Position numbers and translations under genes: made by a program. A DNA stretch of 64,000 bases from Eledone cirrhosa (lineage: Eukaryota). This document shows, one piece after another, positions 1-13,763 of the stretch (positions within the stretch are counted from its first letter, which is position 1; each line of letters begins with the position of its first letter). The notes beneath the pieces were generated by a model, which was given only the letters and a program-made list of their open reading frames with translations, was not told where the DNA came from and ran no database searches. Location of the stretch: assembly GCA_964016885.1 (NCBI GenBank), contig OZ024742.1, positions 182,094,001-182,158,000 of the forward strand, written 5' to 3'.

Positions 1-4
1 TAAT

Positions 5-74
<70 letters not shown>

Positions 75-99
75 CAGTAGCAGTGGCAGCAGTAGCAGC

Positions 100-158
<59 letters not shown>

Positions 159-175
159 CAGCAGCAGTAGCAGCA

Positions 176-211
<36 letters not shown>

Positions 212-247
212 ATAGTAGTAGCAGTAGCAGCAACAGCAGCAGCAGCA

Positions 248-282
<35 letters not shown>
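1..282. repeat. (TAG)n/(CAG)n trinucleotide microsatellite
   Basis: Direct reading; explains the poly-Val/Ala ORF 83..355. Confidence 0.95.
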
Positions 283-283
<1 letters not shown>

Positions 284-567
284 TTGGTGGTTGTGGTAGA
301 TAAAATTAAGGATGAGGAACCGGGGGTAGGGGAAGAAATATATGTGGGTGGGTAGATAGAAATAAGGGAGGTGGATTGGTGGTGGGTTGAGGAGGGGGAA
401 ATGAAAGTGAAGTGTAATTGGTGAAATAATAGAGAGAACGTGTTAGATAATAAGGGATGATAAAAGCCAAGTGTGAAACTGGAAGAGGAGGAAGAGAAAT
501 TAAGAAAGACCCCAAAAAAGATGGCGAAAATAAAAATAAAAATAGTAGTAAATAATAATAATAATAA

Positions 568-639
<72 letters not shown>

Positions 640-643
<4 letters not shown>

Positions 644-1003
644 TGTTTCTACTTTTGGCACAAGGCCAGCAATTATCTCAGTACATTACTGGTACTTCAT
701 TTTATCGACCCCGTAAGGATGAAAGGCAAAGTTAACCTCGGCGGGATTTGAACTCTGATCATAAAGGGCCGTAACTCTATGCTGCAAAGCATGGCGTCAG
801 ACCCTCTACCGAATAATTGTTTCTACTTTTGGTACAAGGCCAGCAATTATACCAGTACATTACTGGTACTTTATTTTATCGACCCCGTAAGGATGAAAGG
901 CAAAGTTAACCTCGGCGGGATTTGAACTCAGATCATAAAGGGAGGTAACTCTATGCTGCAAAGCATGGTGTCCGACTCTCTACCGATACTGCCAATCCCC
1001 CCC
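640..1003 (-). mobile_element. Two head-to-tail tRNA-derived SINE copies (main SINE family of the window)
   Basis: Minus strand has A-box-like TGGCAGTATCGG, B-box GAGTTCAAATCC, central GCCTTTCATCCTTACGGGGTCGATAAAAT-AAGTACCAG (resembles the Meta-SINE domain) and an (ATT)n tail; many copies in the window. Confidence 0.85.
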
Positions 1004-1004
1004 C

Positions 1005-1285
1005 TCAACAACAACAACAATAATAACAACAACAGTAATAGCAATAACAAAAACAATACTATCACCACCACCACCACCACCACCACCACCACCACCACCA
1101 CCATCACCACTGACAACAACAACAATAATAGCAACAACAGTAATAGCAATAACAAAAACAACACTGCCACCACCACCATTACTACTAACGCCACCACCAC
1201 CACCACCAACAACAACAACAATAATAACAACAGCAATAGCAATAAGAAAAACAACACTACCCCCACCTCTCTTACCACTAACACC

Positions 1286-1316
<31 letters not shown>

Positions 1317-1395
1317 TCAACAGCAATAGCAATAAGAAAAAAACAACACTACCCCCACCTCTCTTACCACTAACACCACCACGACCACCACCACC

Positions 1396-1427
<32 letters not shown>

Positions 1428-2236
1428 CAACAACAACAGCAATAGCAATAACAAAAACAACACTGAAAATATCAAGAATCTAAAGTGAGAAATGTGATGT
1501 GTGAAAAACAACGGAATATCACGTCGCATCATAACCGGTTGGTGGTATGGGTGTTGGGGGAGGTGGTTTGGTGGTAGTGGTGGGATGGGGGGGTTAGTGG
1601 TGGTGGTGGTGGTGGCGGTAGTGGTGGTGGTAGAAGTGGTGGTAGAGGTGGCGGTGGTGCTATTGTTGTGGTGGTGGTGGTAGTGGTGGTGTTAGTAGTA
1701 GTGATGGCGGTGGTGGTGGAGGTGGTGGTGGTGGTATTGTTGGTAGGTGGTGGTAGTGGTGGTGTTGGTAGTAGTGATTGTGGTGGTGGGTGTGGTATTG
1801 CTGGTGTTGGTAGTGGTGGTGGGTGATAGTGGTCGTGGTGGCGGTAGTGGTGGTGTTGGTGGTAGTGATGGCGGTGTTGGTGGTGTTGGTGGTGTATTGT
1901 TGGTGTTGGTGGTGGTGGTGGGGGGGGGGGGGGTACGTGTGCGTGTGTGGAGTAGAAGACAGAGTGTATGTTTGTGTGTATCTGTGTGTGGTGTGTTTGT
2001 CTGTATGAGTGGCTGGTGTGCCTATCTCTGCATGTGTGGTTGTGTGGAGAGTGTTGTGTGGGTGTATGTATGTATCAAAAGAGATAGGGGGAGAGAGAGA
2101 TAGAAAGAGAGAGAGGGGTGTATCGACAGAGAGAGGGAGAGAGGGAGATTGAAAGAGAGAAAGAGAGGGGGTGTATCGAAAGAGGGAGGGACAGAGAGTG
2201 AAAGAGAAAGGGAGATAGAAAGAGAGAGAGAGAGAG

Positions 2237-2308
<72 letters not shown>

Positions 2309-2700
2309 TGAGTGTGCGTGTGATTGTGTGTGACTGGAGTGTGTTTGTGTGTCTGGCAGTGTGTGTTGTGTGATTGTGTGTGTCACTGTTTGTCTGGGGG
2401 GATTTGTGCGTGTGTGTGTATGTGTGTAGAAAGATAGGGCTAGTATGTGTGACTATGTGGATGTGACTGGCATATGTCTGTCTGTGTGTGCGTGTGTCTG
2501 TGTGAGTGCTTGTGACTGCTTTATGTGTGTATGTGGAGTATCTGTCTTTGTAGATGTATGTGTCGAGATGTGTATGTATGAGATAGTATAAAATAAAAAA
2601 TATAAAGAACAGAAATGGAAGAGATGAAGAAAGATACAGAAACTGAGAGAGAGAGAGAGGGAGGGAGAGAGAGAGAGAGAGAGGGGGGGGTTAGCAGAGA
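1005..2700. repeat. Compound low-complexity block: (AAC/ACC)n with ~105-120 bp higher-order repeats, (GGT)n, (GA)n, (GT)n
   Basis: Direct reading. Confidence 0.9.
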
Positions 2701-3749
2701 GTGGGGAGACAGTGTGTCACAGAGAGGATGAGAGGTGGATAGGAAGGGGAAGAATTGGCAAGGCTAGGAGATGTAGTTGGGAGATAGAAGTTGGTGAGCT
2801 TGAGATAAGTCAGGGAGATGATGAACAGCAATAGAGAGCAGAGATGGGGAGAGAATAGCAGACACAACAACAACAAAAACAAGCACAACTACATCAGAAA
2901 TAATAAATAAAATATAGAGTAGGCAGGGAAAACGACTCCACGCTTTGTCACATCCCAAACGTTTTCAGTGAAAACATATGTAAAACAAATAAAATAAAAT
3001 TTACCACAAGCCAAAGACACATGTGCATGTATATACATATACATTATGCATGTATGTGTAGCGCGTGCGTGTTTACGAGTGTGTGTGTGTGTGCGTGTGC
3101 GCGCGCGCGTAAGTGAATGTGTGTGTGTTGAAACCGAAATGACTAACGCTTTGAAATGTCAATATGAAAGCTGCACTCTTCACGAAAACAGACATTACAT
3201 AGGTCACACTAGCGCAATGCTTTCTCCTGGAATAATTATGCACCTGGCATAAGGAGGCAATGCCATGTATTGTTTAACGGACCATCATATACAAGCTACC
3301 TATAAAAACATTCCTGAATATTAGACGTATAGACCCACTCAAAGAATATTACTTACTCATGTAATATTTCTGTGCACTTTATTGCTTAAAGCAAACACAG
3401 AAACATACACACAATATCACACCCACAAACACACAATCACAGCTGCATACACAAGTACAGCCACATACCCAGATTCACCCAAAGACATGCACATACGAAC
3501 ACAGCCACCTACACAAACACGCACAAACTACCACACACACACTCTCTCTCACACACACAATCACGGCTACGTATACAAAGGCCAACACACAAAATTACAC
3601 CCTTCCACCCCCCGCCGCACACATACATGGTACATGTATTAATAAATTGTCATCAATATCATCCTATCACATTACTTGACATATCTGATAACCATAAATA
3701 TTAAACCTCTTGGTTAATTAGCATAGATGCATGCAAAGATATTCACCAG

Positions 3750-4075
3750 CCTCTGATGACGTGCTGTCTTTTGCCCCACCCTAATTTTCTGTATTACTTT
3801 TTCGGTCTTTGCCCGTCGGAGCTCATTGGTCTGCTCATTGGTTTTCCCGAACCATTTATTTCTCTTCTTCTAATCACCCATAGTGTTGGCAACCTCCTAA
3901 GCTCGGCACTAGTCACTATAGTCAAGTTAGCCCATAAAATTAGCTCCTTGGAACTCCTGTCTTTCCAAATGTAGTGGACCTACATCAGTTTTGTCGAAAC
4001 ACCAAAGGCTTCAATCTCTGCGGTCTCAGAGGACCTGCGAAAGCCATGGGCATCATGCCTTCCTCCAGACATACC
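3750..4075 (-). mobile_element. Degenerate RTE-clade LINE ORF C-terminal fragment
   Basis: Frameshifted minus-strand peptides IEAF, IWKDRSSKE and KWFG match the RTE C-terminal pattern IEAFEM..I.W.DR.TNEE..WFGH. Confidence 0.5.
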
Positions 4076-4699
4076 AAGTAAGAAAAATATATAAGCATGC
4101 TATATAAATAGTAAGCACAAAAACTGCGATTCTAAATCTGGATATTTTATTGATAAAATCGCCAGACCAGGATGGTATGCTAGAATAAACTTCAACAAAT
4201 TTTAGATACAATCTATCAAAATTAATAGTCGGACATAAATGCACTAATATGTGAAGAAAAGTGTTAACCGATTGGGATTGGATCATCCCCATTATAGTAC
4301 TGGTACTTATTTTATCGATATACCTCTTCTCTTTGATAAAATGCAAATCAACCCCAGTAGAATTAAACTAAGTACGCAACTTCATCTGGCTTCTACTAAT
4401 TCTGCTACCAACTGCGTTTGTTTATAGCAGCAGCAACAACAATAATAATCTGGAAATAAGGATAAACCGAATGTGGTTGTTAAAAGTAGAAACAAACCCT
4501 AAAATAATAGTTTTTCTGTGAATGATAAAAATGCACACATACAAATAAATAAACAACACCACTGGACTACATAGAGATTACATACGACACACACTACGTA
4601 GCATACTTTTAATAAGCTTTTTTTTAGAAGCTGTTTTTACTCACCCCTACCATAGCTACATCACTGGGTTGGGAGAGTTTTCTTGGGAGCTAACAGTGC

Positions 4700-5507
4700 C
4701 ACCCACTGCTCCATCTCCCCATGTAGTTTACCGTTGTTTGTCTTGGTTATTCGTCCGGCAGGAGCCCGCTTATATCGCAACTAACCATCATATCCTGTGG
4801 CCGTATCGTTATCCGCCACAAGGGACCAACTCTCTAGCAGAACAGCTCTGCCGAGAACGTTCATACACTATGTTAATTTTACTATCTGTTCGAAGAACTC
4901 ATCGTCGTAATTGTCAAAAATCTAATAACATGGCGGCATATCATCTCAATAACTACACCGTCACTTGTTTCCTACTTCAGAAACCCACAAATTTATTCAT
5001 GACGCTGACTCTAAATTCATAACTTCCTTCTTAATTATAAAATTAGTATTTACCCTAATACCTATCCACATATATTTTCCTCTTTTACATATTTACCCTA
5101 CCTCTTTATCCAGAACTGCTCTATGTTATATCTTTATCTTACTATTTAACCATCGTTAATCTATGCCATATTTTCCCCTATATATTTTGCCTCTATTCCA
5201 TATTGGCTTTCCCTCCTTACTCTAAACTATGTATACGCATCTTTACCTTATTCCATATCTACCCTCACGTCTACACTATTCCACGTTTACTATTTCTAAC
5301 TTTACCCTATTCTATATCTACTCGCTCTCCTTACCCTATTCCCTGTATACCTTCCTTTAGTTTAGCCTATTCCATGTATACCCCTCACTTTACCCTATTC
5401 TTTATAGACCCTCGCACATTAATCTGAACTCTATATTTCTATTGTAGTTCTTGGCATACGTTTATATTCACCATAACCTACTGTATATATTGTGTTAGAT
5501 AATCGCC

Positions 5508-5515
<8 letters not shown>
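4700..5515 (+). mobile_element. Probable degenerate PLE 3' end (GIY-YIG-like remnant plus pyrimidine-rich UTR) ending in (TA)n
   Basis: VVYRC...AYIAT resembles GIY..YIG.T; 5330-5510 recurs inverted at 7465-7628, also beside (TA)n. Confidence 0.4.
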
Positions 5516-5587
<72 letters not shown>

Positions 5588-6025
5588 TATTGTGTATTTC
5601 TGTGTATGCATGTATGTATATATATGACCCCTTAGCCTTTGTCAAGGCAGAATTCTAGGAGAAGGAAAACTCTGATATAACACCTGCAACCCTGATGGTA
5701 TCCAATGATGTTGACTTGCTCTTCTTTTTGGTAAATATCATCTTGGTTAAGAGAGTGGGACTGGCTTTGTACAGTGCCTTTGTTCACTATAAAAGCTTCA
5801 CGGCACAGGCATTGCTTTATATCTGGAGATCTCTCTGCACTTGTCGTCACATGGAACCATGGGCCCAGCACTATGTGTCAATGATTGTCACAAGTGTAGT
5901 GTTTGTACCAGAGTTTTCAAGTCGCTGGCTGGACTGAAAAGTCACACTCGTTCAGCGCATCGATAGGGGTTGTCCTACATGGATATAAAGTAGTGGCCGT
6001 ACTCGAAAACGAGTTGGCAGCCACC

Positions 6026-6091
<66 letters not shown>

Positions 6092-6112
6092 ATAATAATA
6101 TATGTGAAGACT

Positions 6113-6143
<31 letters not shown>

Positions 6144-6146
<3 letters not shown>

Positions 6147-7337
6147 AAAATGTTCAAGGCCCCGATGGCAGAGCTCAAGCCGTTTCGACGGCTATTTCTC
6201 GACTAAATTGGATTTTTAGTGTGGTAATAAATAGCCGTAATTTTCCTTATATGGGAACATTGTAGTTGTCAAAAGGATAGGTCAAAATTTCTTGTAGACA
6301 CAATTAGATTTTTCGTGGCGGTGGGTGGGAGGTGGGGGTGGCTTAACTTACCTGTAGAACAATGAGGGAGTGGGTGGAGCCGGTTAAGCGTTGAAAGTGA
6401 ATTCTATACAGCAAATTCTAAGGAGTTTCGGTGAAATCAGGCTAGCTAGAAAGCAGGCGAAAAAAAAATTCTAGAGGAATCTGAGAGTGGGAAGTTATAG
6501 AATTAAAAAGTTAATAGACTGAAATTAAAAAATTAAAAAATAATAAATAAAAATAATAATAATATTAAATAAATAATAAAAAATAATTAAAAAAAATAGA
6601 GTCTAAAACAGCTGCTATTGCGTTTTCGGCCAATGCTATATAGAATTTACTGGGGTGGGGGTACTGAGGCTACAAAAGCCCGATGGGCTGCCTCAGGCTA
6701 AGCGAAAGGGGAAAAAGGAAAAGGAAGAAGAGAGGGAGTGGAAGAAGAGAGGAAGTGAGAAGAAGAGATAAAGGGAAAAAAGAAAGAACTACATCTACCT
6801 ATGTATGCTGGGGTTTCCCCTATCTTGTTCGGCAAGTGGGTAAAAGAAGGAAGTTGCAGCCATTGTCTACCCACCCGGGTCATGAGGAGGTTTGAGGGCG
6901 AGGTAAGTCCTTACAATCTGTGTTTACATGCGGTTACAGGTTCGTCTTTTTTGTTTAGGAGTTGGTCCTTCGTAAACAGCATTTGTATTGTTTCCTCCGA
7001 GCATAAGTTACACGGACGGCGTACTCTCGTGTAGGAGTTAGCCCTGGAAAGTAAGCTCCAAGTAAGATGGTATGTTATGTTATTATCTTGGAGGTCCCAG
7101 ATGTGGCCCGTCGCCGGTCCGGTTGACCAATCCTTTTGACAACTACAATCTTCACATATAAGGAATTACCCCTTGAAAATTTCGGCTATTTATTACCACG
7201 CTAAAAATCTAACTTAGTCCAGAAATAGCCGTCGAAACGGCTTTGAACTTTTTCCTATTACCCATTCTACTACTCTAAGTATTAAGTACTCTGGTGATTT
7301 ATGGTCCACCTGGTTCTTTACCACACTTCCTTCGTTA

Positions 7338-7338
<1 letters not shown>
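6144..7338 (-). mobile_element. 5'-truncated Neptune-like Penelope element with inverted pseudo-LTR, inserted in (TA)n
   Basis: 6911-7108(-) translates GHIWDLQDNNITYHLTWSLLSRANSYTRVRRPCNLCSEETIQMLFTKDQLLNKKDEPVTACKHRL*, the typical HIW.LK..CNLC..E..LLNKR.E...C.H C-terminus of PLE GIY-YIG; 6144-6290 and 7123-7260 are inverted copies; (TA)n on both sides. Confidence 0.85.
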
Positions 7339-7391
<53 letters not shown>

Positions 7392-7623
7392 TATGTGTAT
7401 GTATATATATATATATATACATAAACAGAAATACACAAACCTATATATATATATATATATACAGACATAGGGGATTATCTAACACAATGTATACAGTAGG
7501 TCATGGTGAATATAAATGTATGCCAAGAACTACAATGCAAATATAGGTTACAGTTAAAGAATAGGGTAAAGTGAGGGGGTATACGTGGAATAGGGTAAAC
7601 TGAAGGAAGGTATACAGGGAAGA

Positions 7624-7675
<52 letters not shown>

Positions 7676-7708
7676 TGCCTTGGGAACGTAACCTTATTAT
7701 GTAAGAAA

Positions 7709-7781
7709 CTGCCTGGTGAGATCATGGCACTGGGTACGCGAAATCGCGTGGCCACTGTCGTCATTGAAATATGCATCACAG
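7709..7781 (+). ncRNA. Degenerate type I hammerhead motif
   Basis: ctgc-CTGGTGA-22 bp imperfect stem II hairpin-GAAA-TATGCA-TC-acag; A6>G in the core. Confidence 0.55.
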
Positions 7782-7864
7782 CATCATCACTAAAGTAGTT
7801 TAACATCTGAAACTACTTCGCATTTTCTTATTCTATAATATATGAATATATATATATATGTATA

Positions 7865-7936
<72 letters not shown>

Positions 7937-7974
7937 TATGTGAGAAAAACCACAGACCCTCCATCTCAAGTCTA

Positions 7975-8011
7975 CTTTTGAAAAGCATAAGAACTGCGAA
8001 ACCGGTAAAAG
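7975..8011 (+). ncRNA. Minimal type I hammerhead, U3-A8 core variant
   Basis: ctt-TTGAAAA-gca(taagaac)tgc-GAAA-CCGG-TA-aaag; family copies at 34005-34048(-) and 24582-24618(+). Confidence 0.55.
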
Positions 8012-8078
8012 AACCAAATAAATATATATATATTTTTTTAAATTAAGACTCCAATTGCATCTTCGATTTTATCTTTTC

Positions 8079-8161
<83 letters not shown>

Positions 8162-8311
8162 AGTGTAACTTGGAGTTACTGTAGGTTCACCCGGATGAGC
8201 ACTCGATGTTTAGGTTCACTTCAGTGTCGAGGTGTAGAGCTATACAGAGTGTATTACAGTTAAATAAGATAACAAGGACGATTGGTTACTCCTTCATTAC
8301 GTTTATTGGTT

Positions 8312-8396
8312 GGTGACGCGTGTTTCGCCACTGACCAGCTCAAGGTTCGATCTGTATCGATCTGACCTGACTCTGTAATCCGCGGCTCGTCAGACC
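8312..8396 (-). ncRNA. Type I hammerhead ribozyme with long stem II
   Basis: ggt-CTGACGA-gccgc...gtggc-GAAAC-ACGC-GTC-acc; homologues at 16043-16132(+) and 53176-53262(-). Confidence 0.75.
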
Positions 8397-9599
8397 CCTT
8401 GTAATGTTAATGGAAGAATGAATACATGCTGTATGATAAAGTCAGAAGTTCCATATATATATATATTTATATATATATCTGTGTTTATATATGCATGTGT
8501 ATGTATATATGTGTATATGTATGTATATATATATATGTTTGCATATGTATGTATAAATATATGTGTATATATGTATATATCGGTATGTATATGTTTGTAT
8601 ATATATGTATGTGTGTGCATGAAACATATGATAGTATTTCTGTACGCATGTCCCAATTCTATTTTAAATGTAAACATATTTACTGCCATGGATTGTAACC
8701 TACTCCATCTGAATTTCACATAATTATGTTTAATTTTCCCCTTTCTTTCTCTTCTAATAATTATTACTCTTTGGTATACCTCTTCTGCACCGGTGTAAAC
8801 CCATTAAGTTACCCTTCAGATAAATGTCAATAACCTGACCGTTTGTCTTTTTAAGCCTTGTCATCTTAGCTCCTCTATGTTACATGATACAAAGCAAGCT
8901 CACAATAGATGATCGCAACCTCAAAGACTATATTTGCCAATCATGTATCAAATATTCTCTTTCTATTCGTGACCTGAAGAGAAATGTTTTTATATACTTC
9001 TTATATTATATGTTCTTGTTTCTGCATTCTATTTATCTACACATTTAACACCGTTTGTGTACGTATATGTTCAAAAGGCGTTTACAGAGCTGGAATTAAA
9101 TTTCAATACAACAAAGTAATTTTGAGTATATGTGTATGTGTGACGTCGAACCTAGTGTCTTCTGGCACCCAATTAAATTATCCTCAGCCTGAGGTCCCGG
9201 CCGACAGGATGGGGAATACAGAGGATGGCGAGGGAGACACACTAGAACAGCCATTCCACCACGTGGGAGCCTTACTTGTGGGCAGCCAAATCTGCTGTGG
9301 TAGCAGTGAGCAAGGATGAGAGGATGGGGTCAAGAACGTCGGAAGTATCCACTGCTATAAGCTCCACCACAAACCTATCAGTGAGCGGTCGATATTTGGG
9401 ATATTTGCCCTATTTGGCCTGGGCTGGTAGCAGGGCCTGGGCTGGTAGCAGAACGCGCTAAGTTGTCAATAGAGAAGGTGTCACACCATGAAGCCCCCCC
9501 CCCCCCCACACACACACACAAAGGAGGGGGCTTGCATCCGCGGAACGGGAAGATTGTGTTGGTGGTGATGATGTTGTTGATGAATAGGGAGTAGCAATT

Positions 9600-9804
9600 A
9601 TGATGAGGGTACAATAATGTTGATAATGATTATGATGACTACCATGGTGATAATGCTGCTGTTGCCGATGAAGATGACGAAGACGATGATGATGATGATG
9701 ATGATGACGATGATGATGATGACGATGATGATAATGATGATGATGACGATGATGATGATGATGGGGACGACGATGATGATGATGATGATGATGGTGATGA
9801 TTGA

Positions 9805-9835
<31 letters not shown>

Positions 9836-9853
9836 CTGGAGATGATCATGATA

Positions 9854-9893
<40 letters not shown>

Positions 9894-10182
9894 CGATGAT
9901 AATGATGATGATAATGATGATGATCATGATAATGATGATGTAGATGATGATGATGATGAGATGATGATGATAATAATGACGATGATGATGATGATGGTGA
10001 CGATGATGATGATGAGCTGATGATGATGATGATGATGATTGAGATGATGATGATGATTGAGATGATGATGATGGAGATGATGATGATGATTGAGATGATG
10101 ATGATGGAGATGATGATGATGATTGCGATGATGATGATGGAGATGATGATGATGATGATGATGGAGATGATAATAATGATGA
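9600..10182. repeat. (GAT)n microsatellite
   Basis: Direct reading; explains the poly-Met/Ile ORFs. Confidence 0.95.
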
Positions 10183-10516
10183 CTAGTTGTGTATTATGCT
10201 GTCACTTTTGAAAATTTCGTCGTCGTTGTTTGCAGTATTTTTTAAATTATAGGTGTTATTCTTTGTCAGTGTTGTTGTTGTTGTTGTAGTTGTTTTGTTT
10301 TGGCTGCCATCGCCGCCATTTTGATGTGTTCAGGCTGTTATTTGTCAACGTGCAAATTCTCAGTAAATTCAATTCTGCTAGAAAGAACATTAAAATGGTA
10401 TTTTCTCTGTTTTATTGAGGCTTGCGTGAGAAGACGGCCAAATGAAGAGGAGATGGTGTGTTTCTGTTGAACAGAGAAAGACAAGGGCGTGGTGACGGTT
10501 AGAAAAAGAGAAGGAA

Positions 10517-10556
<40 letters not shown>

Positions 10557-10569
10557 ATAGAAAGGGAGT

Positions 10570-10602
<33 letters not shown>

Positions 10603-10647
10603 GAAAAATTGAAGAGTGTGTGTTAGTCAGAAAATGAGATCTCTGCG

Positions 10648-10713
10648 ATATATATGTGTGTGTGTGTATATTTATATATATATATGGGTGTGTGTGTATA
10701 TATATATATATGG

Positions 10714-10769
<56 letters not shown>

Positions 10770-10797
10770 GTGTGTGTGTATATATATATATATATGG

Positions 10798-10843
<46 letters not shown>

Positions 10844-10861
10844 ATATATATATATATATGG

Positions 10862-10907
<46 letters not shown>

Positions 10908-10963
10908 GGGTGTGTGTATATATATATATATATGGGTGTGTGTGTATATATATATATATATGG

Positions 10964-10997
<34 letters not shown>

Positions 10998-11027
10998 GGG
11001 TGTGTGTATATATATATATATATATGG

Positions 11028-11059
<32 letters not shown>

Positions 11060-11103
11060 GGGTGTGTGGGTGTGTATATATATATATATATATGGGTGTG
11101 TGG

Positions 11104-11139
<36 letters not shown>

Positions 11140-11210
11140 GTGTGTGTATATATATATATATATGGGTGTGTGTGTATATATATATATATATATGGGTGTG
11201 TGTGTATGTC
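10648..11210. repeat. Compound minisatellite with unit GG(GT)n(AT)m
   Basis: About 16 recurring 'atggg tgtgtg tatata' units. Confidence 0.9.
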
Positions 11211-11291
11211 TGTGTGAGTGTGAGTATACACGCATCTATATATATGCATACACCCATCGCACATTTTCTAACGCTCAATCTCTCTCTCTCT

Positions 11292-11346
<55 letters not shown>

Positions 11347-11726
11347 TCTCTCTCTCTCCCTTTCACACACACATACAAATATAAGAAAGAGAGCGAGAAT
11401 GACATAGAGATAGAAAAGATAACTGGTGGGAGGGAGTGAGTCTATATGTAATTACATGTGTTTGTGTTTGTTAGAACATGAATGTGAAGAGAGAAAGTAG
11501 CATAGTGAGAGAGAGGGAGAGAGTGCTTCTGAGAATGTAAGAGTAAAAGGGAGGGGAAGGGTGTGTGAGAGTGAAAGGTGTGGCTGGATGTATGCAGTTG
11601 GTTATAAATTGAAGTCTGATATGTTGGATTAATTCTGAACAAATTACTATTGAATAATTAAATAAAACATATGATGGAAATAAATATAATGCAAAATATG
11701 AATATGTAATAAAATAGTATACACAC

Positions 11727-11849
<123 letters not shown>

Positions 11850-11859
11850 AATATGATAA

Positions 11860-12052
11860 TAATGGAGCTGCGGCGTTGCAAATGGGTTACATATGAAAAG
11901 GTTTGTCCTTCATCAGTGGTCTTCCAGCCGTCCTAGGCATTTTATCGCTTTAAAGATCATATACCTCTGGTTGGTGCGAGCAACGGCTAAAAAAAGTCGT
12001 TGGGACACGTAAATAAAGGGGACGCTAGGGTAAACAAACAAAATGGTTTAAG

Positions 12053-12056
<4 letters not shown>
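11860..12056. mobile_element. Interspersed repeat island in (TA)n; same family as 34330-34740 and 13758-14720
   Basis: Shares gttacat..gtcc.tcatcagtg..tacctc.ggttggtgcgagcaa..ttgggaca with those loci. Confidence 0.7.
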
Positions 12057-12130
<74 letters not shown>

Positions 12131-13052
12131 TAGAGTAGAGAGAGAGAGAATAAAATATGATATACAATGTTAATATAAATGTATAATATATATAATGTAA
12201 TTATAAAACTATAGAGACATAAATAAGTAAAGAGTATGTATATATGTATATATGTTATTCTTTTACTGGTTTCATTTATTCAACTGTGACCATGATGAAC
12301 TTACTTTATTGATTTGTTTTTTGTCGAACCACTTGGTTATGGGACATACACTAAGACACAAAAGTAAGCATAAACATGGACAAGCACACACACACACGCA
12401 CAAACACATAACGCACCCATACATATAGGCTGCACGACAACTTAGAACAAGCTACCGGAAAAATGCATAAGAGACATCACAGAAACAAGAGACAATTGAG
12501 TATCTTTGGACTGGAAACAGAACAGGATATAATGCAGCATACTGTGCAAATGGTAACGCTGAAAGAAGGAAAATATAAATAGACTTTCGTCAGAAAAGTA
12601 GAGAGAGAGTGTGTGTGAGAGAATGAAAGAGGGTTATCTTGCTGTTACGTTAAGAGTTAGTTAATCAAAGAAGGAGAGCATATTATTACAATAGTAATAA
12701 ATAGCAAATTTGGACACGAAATATTGAAATACGTGAGACGAATGAAGAGAAGCATCTGTCTTCTTCTTCGGCCAAACCCTGGGCAATGAGATTTCAGGCA
12801 TATTGGTGGTATGGCCCAGTTGGCACTACGGCTCAGAACAAGCCACCGGAATATTGCCTATGAGACAACACCAGATAACACGACTGTCTTCTGCAGTTTC
12901 CACCTACCAAGTTCTTCTAACAAGGCATTGGGCAAACTGAGGATATACTAGACGACACTTGGTGCCACACATCGGAACTGAATTCAGTCCATCTGTGCAA
13001 CACCATGTGGTTGAGAAGCGAACTCCTTAAGTATACAGTCATACCTGCATCA

Positions 13053-13088
<36 letters not shown>

Positions 13089-13147
13089 TTCGTTTTTGAA
13101 TTTGTTTTGCAAGATTTCTTATCTGAAAACGTGTGTTGAAAGAGATA

Positions 13148-13485
13148 TTATTATAATTTGGGAGGGTCATACTGCTAATAAAAACACGCGCACCTTGGTT
13201 TTCACTTCAATTTATTATAAATTTCCGGTTGGTGGTTGACATAGAACACAACGCAAAAATAAGATGGTGTAGGATAGAACAAAGGAGGGACAAAAAATAA
13301 AAAAAAGTCACCAAGGAGGTCACAGGATGTGTTACGAAAGAGCTTTGATAATATATAAACAGCCATCCGGTTATCGAACCAACCAACCAACCAACCAACC
13401 GTAAATAATTTATAATAAATTGAAGTGAAAACCAACAGGTGCGTGTGTTTTTATTGGCAGCATGACCCTCCCAAAGTATAACGAT
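13148..13485. mobile_element. Inverted-repeat PLE terminus; same end motif as the PLE at 20945
   Basis: 13150-13237 and 13395-13484 are inverted copies; terminal gaccctcccaaagtataac next to (TA)n matches 20945-20965 and 44978-45000. Confidence 0.65.
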
Positions 13486-13504
13486 ATATATATATATATA
13501 TATA

Positions 13505-13688
13505 TAACGAAGGAAATGTGGTAAGGAACCAGGTGGACTATAACGCACCAAAGTACTCCATACTTAGGGTAGCAGAGTGGGTAATAGGAACGAGTAGGAC
13601 CCCGACGGCTGAGCTCAAGCCGTTTCGACGGCTAATTCTGGACCAGAATTAGGTCCAGAATTAGCCGTCGGGGTTCTACTCGTTCCTA
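13505..13688 (-). mobile_element. HHR-family A terminus with snap-back inversion
   Basis: Same sequence as 7215-7338, 33709-33846, 35278-35440 and 50823-51030; (TA)n on both sides. Confidence 0.8.

Positions 13689-13757
<69 letters not shown>

Positions 13758-13763
<6 letters not shown>

Noticed and set aside
8330-8385. Long imperfect hairpin considered as a SECIS element, since some PLE clades have them
   Set aside because: Lacks the AUGA/GA quartet and apical AA motif; better explained as the HHR stem II extension.
10499-11407. Overlapping 113-263 aa ORFs rich in Y/I/C/V/H/T
   Set aside because: Translations of the (TA)n/(GT)n compound repeat.
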